Assembly: GCF_006345805.1 (NCBI RefSeq)
Contig: NC_043004.1
Location: 73,036,001 to 73,100,000, forward strand
Source: Octopus sinensis
Taxonomy: Eukaryota
Length of the DNA stretch: 64,000 bases
Direction of reading: 5' to 3'
Position 1 is the stretch's first letter, and each line of letters starts with the position of its first letter. The notes under the pieces were generated by a model. The model made no database searches and was not told where the DNA came from. It worked only from the letters and a program-made list of their open reading frames with translations. Positions 10,411 to 23,164 of the stretch are shown piece after piece. The position numbers and the translations under genes were made by a program.

Positions 10411-11892
10411 AAAAAAATTAATTCCTTTGCTGAATTTGAACTCTCTTCTTCCAGCTATCGTTTATTTTAAAAAGAACTCTTTTGAACTGTTATTTTTATT
10501 GTAATTCTTCTCTTCTGTTGTGTTTTCCCTTCTCCCTCCTTGTATCTTATTTATTTTCTTACACTTTTGAATTTTAATTGGATTCTGTTTCGAAATGGCA
10601 AAGGAATTTATTGTGTGGGACCTAACACCTCCCAAAAAATATTTAAAAGAGCTGGAAAGGAAGACCGTGGTGTTGAGGACTTATTCGAAGTCGCTCGACA
10701 CCATAGCTGTCTTCCCGAAGGCCACAATTTTAAACGAGCTGGCGGACTACATGCCAGCCATTAAATTTATCTCACGGGGAGTGAAATACGCAACGGTCTG
10801 GTTGCTATTTGACTCCCCCAAAAAAGCTTGCGACTTTGCAAGCCAGTCCCTTGAGGGCAAAGTAATATTGTTTCTCCCAAACTATATGGGAGAAAAATTA
10901 TTGAGGGCTTGGATCTGCGGCTTACCACCCGGAGTTGAGCCCGAATGGATAGAGGACTCTATCTGCCGGGGTCTGGTGGTAGCAGTGCCAAGCTGCTAAA
11001 TGTAAAAATGTTGCCTGCGGCTGATTGGGAGGGGTCGAAAGGTGTTTTGACCCTATGGACCCAATCAGCCGAAAGTCTGGTTTTTCCAGATTTCTTGAGG
11101 ATGGCCGGGTCCAGGTAACCGGTGATGCTTGAGGGACGCCCCCCACCAAGTGTCACCTGTGCCTGGAGACCGGCCACATTAAGAAGTACTGCCCCAGGGA
11201 CCAAAGTAGGATCCTGGAGCAGTTAATGTTGGAATCTCTCCCTGCTTCCCCAATGGAGGGAGAGAAACAGAACGAGGAAATTGCTACATCCTCAAAAGAG
11301 AAAAGAAAGATGGGCAATAATGGTGACCCACAGAAAGACCCGAGAGCTGCGGGAGAAAAAGAGGACCTGTTGTGTGCAACACAGGAACCTCACCCTCCCG
11401 CGGCCCAGGGGAAAAAAAGGGGAAAAAAGAAGAAAGAGAAACGGGACGCCGCCGGCGGATTGTAACACGCAGACGGCGTCTCCCAAGCCTCCTCAGGCGG
11501 ATGAGCTGCCGGAGGATCAATATGTGGTTCTCTTCCACAAAGGAGGAACGCTTGAAAACGAGATAGGTAAATTGGAAGGGAGAGGCCAATGGGAGGGACT
11601 TCGGTCCTGCACGGAGGACCCTGAGTGGCCTTCGCAGGTGGCTGTGGAGGTCCTGTGGGATAGCGATCTGTGCAGAATCATGAATTCCTTCCCGGAGGAC
11701 TCCTTCCAATTTATACCTGAATGGCGCGGCCCGACAAAGAATGATTGCCTCGATAAAGCAAAAGCGCTGGTCGGCCGGGTGACTTGAACTTTTTGAATGT
11801 TTTAAAAATTGTATCATATTGAGAAAGAGGTTCATTGCCTCATTGTGACTTTTGTGAAATTTTGTGACTTTTTGATTTTTTGAAAAAAAGAA
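10411..11892 (+). mobile_element. ORF1-only (gag-like, CCHC knuckle) Tx1/L1-type element, frameshifted
   Basis: ORFs 10595..10999, 11226..11465 and 11281..11787; VMLEGRPP followed by CHLCLETGHIKKYC (11151-11192). After the stop come a T-rich 3' region and an A-rich end; no ORF2 follows. Confidence 0.65.
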
Positions 11893-12039
11893 CATTGTCT
11901 TAGAGAAGCGGAAGTCGGCGGGCGCTTTCGTCTTCTCCCATCACCATCTTCGTTCCATCACCATCATTCATACCATCAATGTCTACGTCCAGCCCGCAAA
12001 GCTACACCTATGTACTGCCTTCATGGCAAATTTAATGAA

Positions 12040-12191
12040 TAAAAGTAGCTTGCTTACCAACCACATGGTTCCGAGTTCAGTCCCACTGCGTGGCACCTTG
12101 GGCAAGTGTCTTCTACTATAGCCTCGGGCAAACCAAAGCCTTGTGAGTGGATTTGGTAGACGGAAACTGAAAGAAGCCCGTCATATATATG

Positions 12192-12228
<37 letters not shown>

Positions 12229-12406
12229 CTGTGTTTGTCCCCCCAACATCGCTTGACAACCGATGCCGGTATGTTTACGTCCCCGTGGCTTAGCGGTTCG
12301 TCTTACAAAGAATAAGTCCTGGGGTCAATTTGCTCGACTAAAAGGCGGTGCTCCAGCATGGCCGCAATCAAATGACTGAAACTGAAAATAAAAGAGTAAA
12401 GAGTAA
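12040..12406 (+). mobile_element. SINE type B (CORE-like centre, internal (TA)n(TG)n microsatellite)
   Basis: GGTTCCGAGTTCAGTCCC box, ACCTTGGGCAAGT centre, tail GGCGGTGCTCCAGCATGGCC..AAAGAGTAAAGAGTA. Many copies in the window. Confidence 0.88.
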
Positions 12407-12419
12407 GTCTCACTCAACC

Positions 12420-12820
12420 AGAGACGTCAAAGTACAACAAGCTTTTTGAATCAAAAGATGCGACTGAGTTACCATGCAAATATAAAAGAAAATTGATGTC
12501 TCTGTAAAAACAAAAAAAACCTCTTTATAAAATTTATAACACAGAATGAATAAGATTACATTTACATAGAGAGGAATTTACGTAAAATATGTGAGGTACT
12601 CATAAGTATGATCGTTTACAATTCACGTATTTTGGCGCTGCCGGGAATTTGGTCTACATATTTTGCTCCTTTTGATATCATTCCAAGTGTTCCAATAACA
12701 ATAGGTAATATTGTTGCTTTGAAATGCTGCATTCTTCTGATTTTTTATCTCCAAGTGTTTATATTTTCTCAATTTCTGAAACGTTTTCAGAGATGTTTTT
12801 GTTAGCTGGAAGTGCAACAG
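12420..12820 (-). mobile_element. Decayed 3' fragment of a Dong/R4 element
   Basis: Reads SLKTFQKLRKYKHLEIK..ILPIVIGTLGMISKGA..DQIPGSAKI..MSTSHILRKFLSM, homologous to the C-terminus of ORF 2564..3244. Confidence 0.78.
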
Positions 12821-12829
12821 CTGGGACAG

Positions 12830-13015
12830 CGTCGGACAAAATATCTTGCGGCATTTCGTTCGTTTTATGTTCTGAGTTCAAATCCCACAAAGGTCAGTTC
12901 TGCCCTTCATCCTCAAGAGGTCGGTAAAATATAGTTCCAGTCAAGTCCTGGGCTCGATGTAATCAACTTGACATCTCCTTTCGAAATTGCTGGCCTTGTG
13001 CCAAAATTAGAAAGA
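12830..13015 (+). mobile_element. SINE type A, degenerate
   Basis: TTCTGAGTTCAAATCCC..CCTTCATCCT..GTCGGTAAAAT..GCTGGCCTTGTGCCAAAATTAGAAA. Confidence 0.7.
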
Positions 13016-13115
13016 ACTTTTATTATTATTATCTTGATTTAGAGAAAATCTTAGTGAAACAAAACCTTCGAGATTTCTTTCACCTTCTAATTTCAGTTTT
13101 GATATTAAACCTGTA

Positions 13116-13331
13116 GGGCGGCAAACTGACAGAAACGTTAGCACGCCGGGCGAAATGCTTAGCGGTATTTCGTCTATCGCTACGTTCTGAGTTTAAATTC
13201 CGCCGAGGTCGACTTTGCCTTTCATCCTTTCGGGGGTCGATAAAATAAGTAACGGTAGAGTACTGGGGTCGATTTAATCGACTTAGCCCCTCCCCCCAAA
13301 CTGCTGTCCTTGTGCAACAATTTGAAACCAA
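13116..13331 (+). mobile_element. SINE type A monomer
   Basis: Same head and centre as 7262-7485 but a different tail (..CCTTGTGCAACAATTTGAAACCA). Confidence 0.88.
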
Positions 13332-13534
13332 TGTTAATCAGTTGTACAAAGCATCTGTCTTAAGCGAGGAAGCAGGTTTAGAATAGTTGTCTAATACTAA
13401 TAAGATCGAAACCTGCCTTATTAAGAAAACGAAAATGTATGGGCTAATAAAAACTAATACAACGTAATCTGAAATAGGAGGGCGATATAATCACAGCTAA
13501 TACAATGTTTCTAAGAATGAAAAACATCTTCACT

Positions 13535-14005
13535 TCAAGAGAAATAAGATTGCAACTGAACTGAAAACTGTGATATCAGACCAGTTGTCCTCTGTGCGGC
13601 AGAAACTCGGACGCTGTGTACTGCAATGAAGAAAAAGAAAGAAGCCTTTGAGATAGGAATCGTTCGTAGATTATACCGAATAGGTTGGGAAGACGCAGTA
13701 ACAAACGCTGCAGTACGAGAAAAGCTGAGAATCCAAGCACACCTATTGTGGAGAACCAAGTGCACAAACCTACGATATTTTGGACATAGTGTGCCATGAG
13801 TCACTGCCCAAGACCATCCTGACGAAGTGCTGAGCGGAAGAGAGCAAGAGGCCGTCAAAGCCACTTGTGGACTGACGACATCAAAGGGTGAATTGAAAAC
13901 AAGAATTTGACTGAGTATGTGCACGCGGCACAATACAGACGGAACTGGAGCCTTGAAAAACTGACTCCAAAAAACAGGAAACGCACCTGGCTGGCTGATG
14001 ATAAT
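13535..14005 (+). mobile_element. Decayed 3' fragment of an RTE/BovB-like LINE
   Basis: Reads IRPVVLCAAETRTL..EAFEIGIVRRLYRIGWEDAVTNAAVREKL..LRYFGH..KRARGRQSHLWTDDIK. Confidence 0.75.
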
Positions 14006-14091
14006 GGATAAAATGCATTTAATCAGAGGGCTATCAGATCAACCTGCAACTATTAAACAACATACATTTCAAAACCCGAATACTATTCGTA

Positions 14092-14333
14092 TTTACTCTT
14101 TTCTCTTTTATTCTTTTACTTGTTTCAGTCATTTGACTGTGGCCATGCTGGAGCACTGCCTTTAGTCGAGCAAATCGACCACAGGACTTATTCTTTAGAA
14201 GCCAAGTACTTATTCTATCGGTTTCTTTTCCCGAACCGCTAAATAATGAGGACGTAAACACACCAGCATCGGTTGTCAAGCGATGTTGGGGGGACAATCA
14301 CAGACACACAAACAAACACACACATACCCACCT

Positions 14334-14410
<77 letters not shown>

Positions 14411-14578
14411 TACGACGGGCTTCTTTCAATTTCCGTCTACCAAATCCGCTCACAAGGTTTTGGTTGGCCCGAGGCTGTAGTAGAAGACACTTTCCCAAAG
14501 GTGCCACGCAGTGCGACTGAACTCGGAAAACATGTGGCTGGTAAGTAAACTACTTACCACACAGCCACTCCTGCGCCT
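14092..14578 (-). mobile_element. SINE type B, full length
   Basis: Reverse complement of the type B sequence; head AGGCGCAGGAGTGGCTGTGTGGTAAG; internal (CA)n(TA)n. Confidence 0.9.
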
Positions 14579-14734
14579 ATTTGTGGCAATCTATAAGATT
14601 CTCTGCTGATAATATTTATAATTGTTTTGCAAAAACAATTACAACGACAAAGTTATCACTATATAGTACCTACGATTAAACTATCTTAGGTAGTTATCTG
14701 ACCCTGTGAAGATATATATCATAAGTGTTAATTG

Positions 14735-14895
14735 GGTTGAACCCAGTGCTGAAACGGTGCCTATATTATCGACCCCTAAAGTATGAAAGGCAAAAGTCGA
14801 CCACAGCAGAATTTGAACTCAGAAAGTAAAAGCTGACGAAATGCTGCCAAGTATTTTTCCTCGGCGTGTTAGTAATACTGCCAGCTCGTCATCTT
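14735..14895 (-). mobile_element. SINE type A fragment
   Basis: ATCGACCCC..GAAAGGCAAAAGTCGAC..ATTTGAACTCAGAA..CTGCCAGCTCG. Confidence 0.75.
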
Positions 14896-14970
14896 AGGTA
14901 ATATTATTAACTTTTAGCTTGAACGCAGTATACATATGCTTCTAACAAAAAAAGAGTTGGTTGTTGGATC

Positions 14971-15037
<67 letters not shown>

Positions 15038-15099
15038 TAAAAAAGTGTACACTTAAACACAAGAGAAAACTATATATAATATATATATATATATATGTA

Positions 15100-15314
15100 C
15101 CTTTATTCCTTTACTTGTTTCAGAAATTTGACTGCAGCCATGCTGGAGCACCACCTTTAGTCGAGCAAATCAACCCCAGGACTTATTCTTTGTAAGCATA
15201 GTACTTATTCTATCGGGTTGTTTCTCTAAACCGCTAAGTTACGGGAAAGTAAACACACCAGCATCGGATGTCAAGCGATGTTGGATGGACAAGCACAGAC
15301 ACACAAATATATAC

Positions 15315-15374
<60 letters not shown>

Positions 15375-15537
15375 GACGGGCTTCTTTCAGTTTCCGTCTA
15401 CCAAATCCATTCACAAGGCTTTGGTCGGCTCGAGGCTATAGTAAAAGACACTTACCCAAAGTGCCACACAGTGGGACTGAGCCCGGAACCATGTGGTTAG
15501 TAAGAAAGCTACTTACCACACAGCAACTCCTGCGCCT
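15100..15537 (-). mobile_element. SINE type B, full length
   Basis: Colinear with 14092-14578; internal (TACA)n(TA)n. Confidence 0.9.
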
Positions 15538-15604
15538 TTATAAAAAATTAATATTTTGAAGCACAGGTATACTGCGTTCAAACTAAAGAGTAATATTATT
15601 GCCG

Positions 15605-15801
15605 AAGGTGACGAACTGGGGTAAAATGCTTTGTAGCATTTCGTCAGGCTTACTTTCTGAGTTCAAATTCCACCGTGGTCGAATTTTGCCTTTCTTCCTT
15701 TAGGAGTCGACAATATAAGCACCGCTTCAGTACTGGGTTCGGTCTAATTAACTTAACCCATCTCTGAAAATTGCTGGCCTTGTGCCAATTTTTGAAACCA
15801 A
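15605..15801 (+). mobile_element. SINE type A, degenerate
   Basis: TTCTGAGTTCAAATTCC..GCCTTTC..GTCGA..GCTGGCCTTGTGCCAATTTTTGAAACCA. Confidence 0.75.
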
Positions 15802-15851
15802 TATCAAAGCTATACTTCAGTGAAATCTGAAAATATATTTGTATGGATGGA

Positions 15852-16212
15852 AGCACTCCGTCGGTTACGACGATTAGGGTTCCGGTTGATCCTAATCAAC
15901 GGAACAGCCTGCTCGTGAAATTAACGTGTAAGAGCACTCCACAGACACGTGCACCCTTAACGTAGTTCTCGGGGATATTCAGCGTGACACAGAGAGTGAC
16001 AAGGCCGGCCCCTTGAAATACAGGTACAACAGAAACAGGAAGTAAGAGAGAGAGAAAGTTGTGGTGAAAGAGTACAGCAGGGATCACCACCATCCCCTGC
16101 CGGAGCCTCGTGGAGTTTTTAGGTGTTTTCGCTCAATAAACACTCACAACGCCCGGTCTGGGAATCGGAACCGCGATCCTATGACCGCGAGTCCGCTGCC
16201 CTAACCATTGGC
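15852..16212 (-). mobile_element. tRNA-derived SINE type C
   Basis: Reverse complement of 19127-19499. Confidence 0.88.
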
Positions 16213-16512
16213 AGATGACTCGATTTTCAGTTTTTGTTTAATTCCATTCAAAAAAATTTTTTTTTTTACCTTTTACTTTCTTGAGGAGTTATCAACCACA
16301 GAAGGGTTGAAAGTCAAAGTTAAATTCGGCGAGATTTGAGCCCGTAATTTTCTGCAACGATCTTACGGTGGTGCCAATCCCACATCATTTTGATTGATAT
16401 CATAATTTTCGTTATTACACCTAAAAAGACGGATGGATCACCATTAAGATCATCATTGTCTATCAGCATCACAATCATAATTATGAACATCATCATTATA
16501 TATTGCACGTAT

Positions 16513-16560
16513 TCATACATACATACATTCATACATACATACATACATACATACATACAT

Positions 16561-16631
<71 letters not shown>

Positions 16632-16666
16632 CATAAATACAAATATACATACATACATATGCATAA

Positions 16667-16703
<37 letters not shown>

Positions 16704-16812
16704 AAACAGTAAACAGTATATTATATATTATATATATACATGTATAAAAATATATATAGATATATGAATATATATATATACATACATGAAAATATATATA
16801 GTTATATGAATA

Positions 16813-16848
<36 letters not shown>

Positions 16849-17140
16849 TCTGTCCGACAGTCAGTCTCACACGCAGGCAAGCACAACACACACATACATA
16901 CATACATACATACATACATACACACATACATACATACATACACATACATACATACATACTTACATACATACATGCATGCATGCATGCATACAGATATACA
17001 TACATACAGACAGGCATACATACATACATACATACATACATGCATACATACATACATACATACATACATGCATACATACATACATACATACATACATACA
17101 TACATACATACATACATACATGCATGCATACATACACATA
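16513..17140. repeat. (TACA)n/(CA)n/(TA)n microsatellite field
   Basis: Directly visible. Confidence 0.95.
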
Positions 17141-17769
17141 ATCATCTGATATCATCATAAAATTGTTAAGGTAATTATTTGCCCGTATAATTCTCTGTTG
17201 CAATCGAATGTGGTGACGTTGGAATGTCAAAGTAACGTGAGATAGAAAGAGTAAGTGTGGTTGATGGAGAGAAAGCGAGTAAATGAGAGAGAAATTGAGA
17301 GATGCAGAGAGAGGGGTGATCTGTCGAGCACGTAGCGTAAGCAGGTCAGACACATCCGACAGTCAAAATTTGCACCGACTGACCTCGCAGAGATTCCCAT
17401 GTTGTCAGATTGATTATTTTGTTAAAATGGTTCCGGAATATGTGGAGTGACAGATGGCGGAGGGTTTGGGTGGAATTGCAAAGTGTGGGTGTTTTGTAAA
17501 AATTTTTTAAAAAATGCATGTGTGAGTGCATGAATGTGTTCGTGTGTCTCTATGAGTGTATACGCTTGTATATCTAGTGTGTGTGTGTGCGTGTCTTAGA
17601 ACAAGAAACAACCTCCTGAAGAACTACGCCTGCAAGCTGGTTTCAATCTTAGGTTGAAGCCAACAAGTTGACATTATAATGCTCCTAATGTCATAGAAGA
17701 AGGCATGAACATCACACATTCTCACTTGAATTAGAGTCAATTATATGTAACTCCTTCCAAAGCATGTCT

Positions 17770-18700
17770 AACCCTGCCTGTATTCTTCTTTTCTACCATG
17801 GATCTTTTCTTTTGTCACTCCCATTATATTTTCTTGACATTAACACCCACGTTTTCTGCTACAACAATACTTGCTGCCTTGATTAAATTATTTGTTTCTG
17901 TGATGTTGTTTGTTTTGATGTATTTCAGAATTTCATTGACATTTTTCGTTTCTTGGTTCAATTTCCATCGATCAACCTGTGTAACGTTGCAAATAATGTC
18001 GCTATCGTTCTCCTGTAGTCTTACCTTTACTCTGTCGTAGATTGCCTTTTGTTCATCTGTCATGTCGCTATTCGTTTTATCGTCTTCTTTTAGATCATCT
18101 TTATGTCTCTCATCAAGTAAGCTCCCACTGCTCCTTTCCTGTGCTATGAGATTACTCTTATCAGTAAGAAATGTATTTTCATTGCTATCTCTGCTGTATT
18201 GTCCATGACTCGTCTTTTGATAGCTTCGAGCTCTACTTCTGTGAACCAACAATTTTTTTTTCTTATTGCTCCCACTTGTTCACATAGTCTCTGTTCCGTG
18301 AGTTGAAATAATCCCTTTTCTCTCCAATGATCATACATACGTTGTCGGTAACACCTAATTTGAGCACCATTTTCATCTATCGGGTTGCTCAGGTAGTAAC
18401 ATTCCATGACCTCAGCATTAATTTGTTTGCTCCATCTACGCCGTGTGTGGTGGTCCCTTTCTGGATATCGACAGGCTGGAGGCGGACCAAAATCTCTGAG
18501 CCTACCGGGTGTAAAACTGTCAACATCATTGGCTTCAGTTTCATTACCACCGTTATTCACAATATTTTGTTTTTTCATTGTTACTCATATGAGGTAGCGA
18601 TTACCAGGTTGCGCAGTTATCAGGTTGCGCAAGTGTTTTTATTGTGACACCATCACTAGATGTATCATTATGAGCCCATAAGGAAACTCCACCCGTTTCC
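17770..18700 (-). mobile_element. 5' portion (N-terminal domain) of an R4/Dong-like element
   Basis: ORFs 18144..18578 and 17824..18252 (RRRWSKQINAEVMECYYLS..RMYDHW..; ITETNNLIKAAS..) parallel KKEKWTREDNKEVLAAFYHA..; VTNLNHLYYASA of ORF 4701..6047. A short (TAA)n lies just upstream of the 5' end at about 18704. Confidence 0.75.
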
Positions 18701-19126
18701 TTTCATTATTATTATCATCACTGATATCACTGGTATTATTGTTTTTATGTTTAGTAGCAGTAGTAACAGTGGTTGCAGCAACAGAAACAGTAGCAGGGGT
18801 GGGGGTAGAGGTAAGGTGGTAGTTGGACCTCAGATTCCTGTGCTATCATAATAGTAGTAGTTGTAGTATTATTGTAGTATTAGTAGTATTAGCAGCTGCA
18901 GTATATTATCATTATTTTTATTTTTTTTATTTTTATTTCATTATCACCATCACCACCACCACCATTGTAGTTGGGCATCAGATTGGTGGATAAATCATAT
19001 TCTACAGGTCTATAAATAGATTCAGCAGATGGTGGAGAGGTCGGCCATATAGATAAAAGGATCTTCGCACCCATTCGGTTCAGTAGAGGTCAAATGTGTT
19101 TACTACTACCAGTGGCCACTGACAGT

Positions 19127-19499
19127 GGAGGCGCAATGGCCCAGTGGTTAGGGCAGCGGACTCGCGGTCGTAGGATCGCGGTTTCGATTCCCCAACCGGG
19201 CATTGTGAGTGTTTATTGAGCGAAAACACCTAAAGCTTCACAAGGCTCCTGCAGGGGATGGTGGTGAACCCTGCTGTACTCTTTCACACAACTTTCTCTC
19301 ACTCTTTTTCCCTGTTTCTGTTGTACCTGTATTTCAAAGGGCCAGCCTTGTCACACTCTGTGTCACGCTGAATCTCCTCGAGAACTACGTTAAGGGTACA
19401 CGTGTCTGTGGAATGCTCAGCCACTTGCACGTTAATTCCACGAGCAAGCTGTTCCGTTGATCGTATCAGCTGGGACCCTCATCGTCGTAACCGACGGAG
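19127..19499 (+). mobile_element. tRNA-derived SINE type C with a 12-bp TSD
   Basis: A box TGGCCCAGTGG and B box GGTTTCGATTCC. TSD GGCCACTGACAG (19114-19125) / GGCCGCTGACAG (19500-19511). Confidence 0.9.
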
Positions 19500-19669
19500 G
19501 GCCGCTGACAGCGCTGCCTTGAAAAGAAGCAATTCAACCTGCTTTTGTTAGGGTTTCGTTTTTACATTCACATGTGTTGATGTTTCTTTCGTATTCATAA
19601 TTATTATTGATGTGTAAGCGAGAGATCGAGAAGAGAAGCACATATATAGTAGTAGTAGTAGTAGTAGTA

Positions 19670-19702
<33 letters not shown>

Positions 19703-20302
19703 TAATAATAATAAAAATAAAAATAATAATAATAATAATAATAACAATAATAATAATAATAATAATAATAATAGAAGGGTAAAATGTATTAATTAAATAA
19801 ATGATTAATCAATTAATTAACAATTTTACTAAGTAGATCGGTACGTTAAAATAACTTTTATAGGTAAAATTATCTACATAATTATAATTAGGGTTCAGCT
19901 AACTGTTTCACCACATACCGAAATTAGAAATAGGAGTTGAAAATTCTTTTTCTACTTCTATAAGAATCTCCATGACTGTAAACATACTTTTTACGAAGGT
20001 AAAGAGAAAAACAATGAATCAACACGACCAGGATTAATTATAAATGCGTTTCGAGATTAAAATAATTTAAATTTTCTTCTCTCTTCAGTATAATATTTCC
20101 GATTTTTATAAAATTTGAAAGTGCTATGGCTGACTATGAGCACAATCGAGCGTCATCATGTAACAGATATCCGACCAACACTTCCAAAATTTACAGAGCC
20201 GAATGCGAATACACTATTCAAACTCTATATCCTGTGTATGCTACGAGCAATACCGCAGAAAACTGCAGTATTCTATCATGAAGTAAATTGTAATTTTAAA
20301 TT

Positions 20303-20337
<35 letters not shown>

Positions 20338-20428
20338 CTATGTATGTATGTATCTATGTATGTATTTCAGATTTTATCTAATCTTCCCGGCAGCTTGCTG
20401 TCACAGGTCCATGCTGCTTGCTCGTATT

Positions 20429-20493
<65 letters not shown>

Positions 20494-20501
20494 TAATAAT
20501 A

Positions 20502-20543
<42 letters not shown>

Positions 20544-21356
20544 GCTGTTGTTATTGATGATGTTGTTGATGTTGTTGTTGTTGTGTTGTTGTTCGGTGTT
20601 CGGGTTCGATAAAATAAGTACCAGTTGAGCAATGTAATCGACTTACCCGCTCCCTCGAAATTGCGGTGCCTGTGCTAAAGTTTGAAACCAATATTCGTTA
20701 GCCAGGGATGATAATGTCAGCAAAAAATATACAATATCTTAACGCCACCTGACTGCAAAATTTACACCTCATACTATTGCAGATCTACAGTAGAACTGCA
20801 ATAACATGCAATATAATAAAATGAAATACAGTATTGCACCAGGCTGCAGATTGGCAAATAGAAAATTCCTGATGCATAAATCCACATCCTTCTTATTCAC
20901 TTACTACAGTTCACTACTTCACCTGTCCTCTATTAAATCAACAATGATGTCAACTAGTAATAATCTCTGTTCCTTTTCCTACCGCCATCGTATAATTCCC
21001 TTCCCTCTTTCTTTTGTTTCCTTCTTTTTTTTGTTTCCTTCTTTGTATTTTCCTTCTTCCTTTTTTTGTGCTGACTCAAAACCTGTTTCCAGACTGATGT
21101 TTGCGGATGACTAGCTAACGAATCGCTTGCGCACCAACTATCGTACATCGTTCACTCAGCTGGTAGCTCACTTCCAACAATACTTCGAACAATACTTACA
21201 AAACAGAACAGGTCTGTTTTGTCTATCCAAGTCATTCTGCCCCACGAAGCGTCTTAGTTTTGAAAATTTTAAGTGGAACAGTCAACAGTTTCATCAGCAA
21301 TATTTTAACATATTTCATCATTGTTTAGAATATGTTTGCTTGTGTTCACTAATGAT

Positions 21357-21406
<50 letters not shown>

Positions 21407-21843
21407 CGTGTGTGCGCGCGTGCGTATGTGAATATATATATGTATGTGTGCATGTATATCTGTGTGTGTGTGTCTGTATAATAAAAAGAAATTTATTTAC
21501 ATCACTGCCGATTAAAATTCATAATGCAATTAGTTGTTAAATGAATGATGGTGGATATTGAGACGATCGTATGCCTTATGTAATCGATAGTTATGTAAAT
21601 AAATTGATTTTTTTCTTTCGGTTCGCGGGAGCAACTGCCTTCAAAATCTTATATTATTGTTTGAATGCTCGAAATAAGGAGTAGAATGACAGCCGACAAC
21701 TGATGAAAGGTCGTTTTCTTTATGTTACTTGTCTTGTTGTTCCATTCGTTTCTCTCGTTTTTTTGCGTACCCAACGTTAGACTTCGTGTACCAATATATG
21801 CATAACTATATACATATATACATATGTATGTACATATGTGTGT

Positions 21844-22234
21844 CTATAGATGTATATATAAAGCTGAAGTTGTCTGTGTATGGCAAGTTTGGTAGCCTTC
21901 AACTAATACTATTTCCTCCGAGACCCTGCGGCGCAAGTTGACCAAAATTGATAGTATGATAGAAGGCTTACTCTTCCTTCCGTAGAAGAAAAAATTCAAA
22001 TCTGACCATGTTAACACCAAAAATTATTTACATAAAAAAGGTGCTTTTTTTTCTATGAAAATCCCTATTTTTTACGATTTTTTGACTTCTGTGTCGCCAT
22101 TTTTCGGTGTATTTCAACCAGAAAAATGTTCGCTTAAAGAGAATAACAAGCTACATAATGCAAAATTTTTACTTTTCAAAAATTCCAATTCTAAAGGTTC
22201 GATCAAACCAGAGCAACGCCGGGCGATACTGCTC

Positions 22235-22236
<2 letters not shown>
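21844..22236 (+). mobile_element. Putative non-autonomous Helitron-like element
   Basis: Starts TCTATA..ATAAAGCTGAAGTTGTCTGTG and ends GCAACGCCGGGCGATACTGCTCGT (GC-rich subterminal sequence plus a degenerate CTAG|T). No TSD seen. Confidence 0.5.
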
Positions 22237-22275
<39 letters not shown>

Positions 22276-22848
22276 TTATATTTGATTGAACGCCACGCAT
22301 CCATTTCCAAGTAAGTTTTTTTCTTAGTATGTATGTATGTATGTATGTATGTTGGATGGATGGATGTATGGATGGATGGATGGATGGATGGATGGATGGA
22401 TGGATTCCTCTTCTTCAAAAAGCTGCAAATAAGAAAAATTCACCATGCTGCATGCGGTACCAGCAATCTCTGTTCCCCATCAGCTTTAGTAGGTTCTCAA
22501 TTTCGATAATAATGTGAATGCACTGAAGGGATCTTCGTCCGCTACTAAGGTGAAGAAGTCTGTATAAATTATTTAACTTCGCAGTACATGTGGACATCTT
22601 CTGACGAGCTAATCTAGTTTCACTTGGTCATTACAAACTCATCGGAATTATTTACGTCATCCACTCTAGGGGGAAAGGAAAATGGAGTAGCTTAAAACAA
22701 TCTATGAAAAACAAAATGCGCAGTGAGAACTGATTTCCTTCATTTACATATCAGTCTAATTAGGGTTGATGACTATTAACTGAAGTGTTGGGACGGTGTT
22801 TCATACAGAAGTCACTCTACTCTCTCTTTCGCTTTTCTCTCTCTCTCT

Positions 22849-22915
<67 letters not shown>

Positions 22916-23114
22916 GTCTATCTACCTATCTATCTCTATCTCTGTCTCTCTTTTTCTCTTTCCTTCTTTAGAACGGGTTTATGTGTTGTTAATGATCAAG
23001 TGAAACCAGTCGAGTTTATCGTCAGTTCTGTTTTTGAAGATTAACCAGGGTGTCATTTTTGCACAGTTAGATTATGTGTATGTTTATTTAACGTACGCTT
23101 ATAATATCATTTCC

Positions 23115-23164
<50 letters not shown>

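Noticed and set aside
7705-11787. Tx1 ORF2 and the downstream ORF1 as one permuted element
   Set aside because: The ORF2 piece has its own 3' end and tail, and an opposite-strand R4 fragment lies between them.
17220-17240. TGGAATGT resembling the miR-1 5' end
   Set aside because: Only 8 nt match, and I see no precursor hairpin.
19127-19200. tRNA gene (also at 46665-46735 and 47740-47812)
   Set aside because: The A/B boxes continue into a shared SINE body, there is no proper acceptor stem, and one copy has a TSD.
21666-21710. CGAAA...CTGA(T/G)GA order suggesting type II hammerheads (also 23329-23367 + and 41725-41766 -)
   Set aside because: No consistent stems I and III or UH cleavage site could be formed; at most remnants of Penelope-like termini.
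22601-22650. Hammerhead-like words on both strands (CTGACGAG on +; CCGATGAG..GAAACTAG on -)
   Set aside because: The core is mutated, stem II is weak and the cleavage-site nucleotides are missing.
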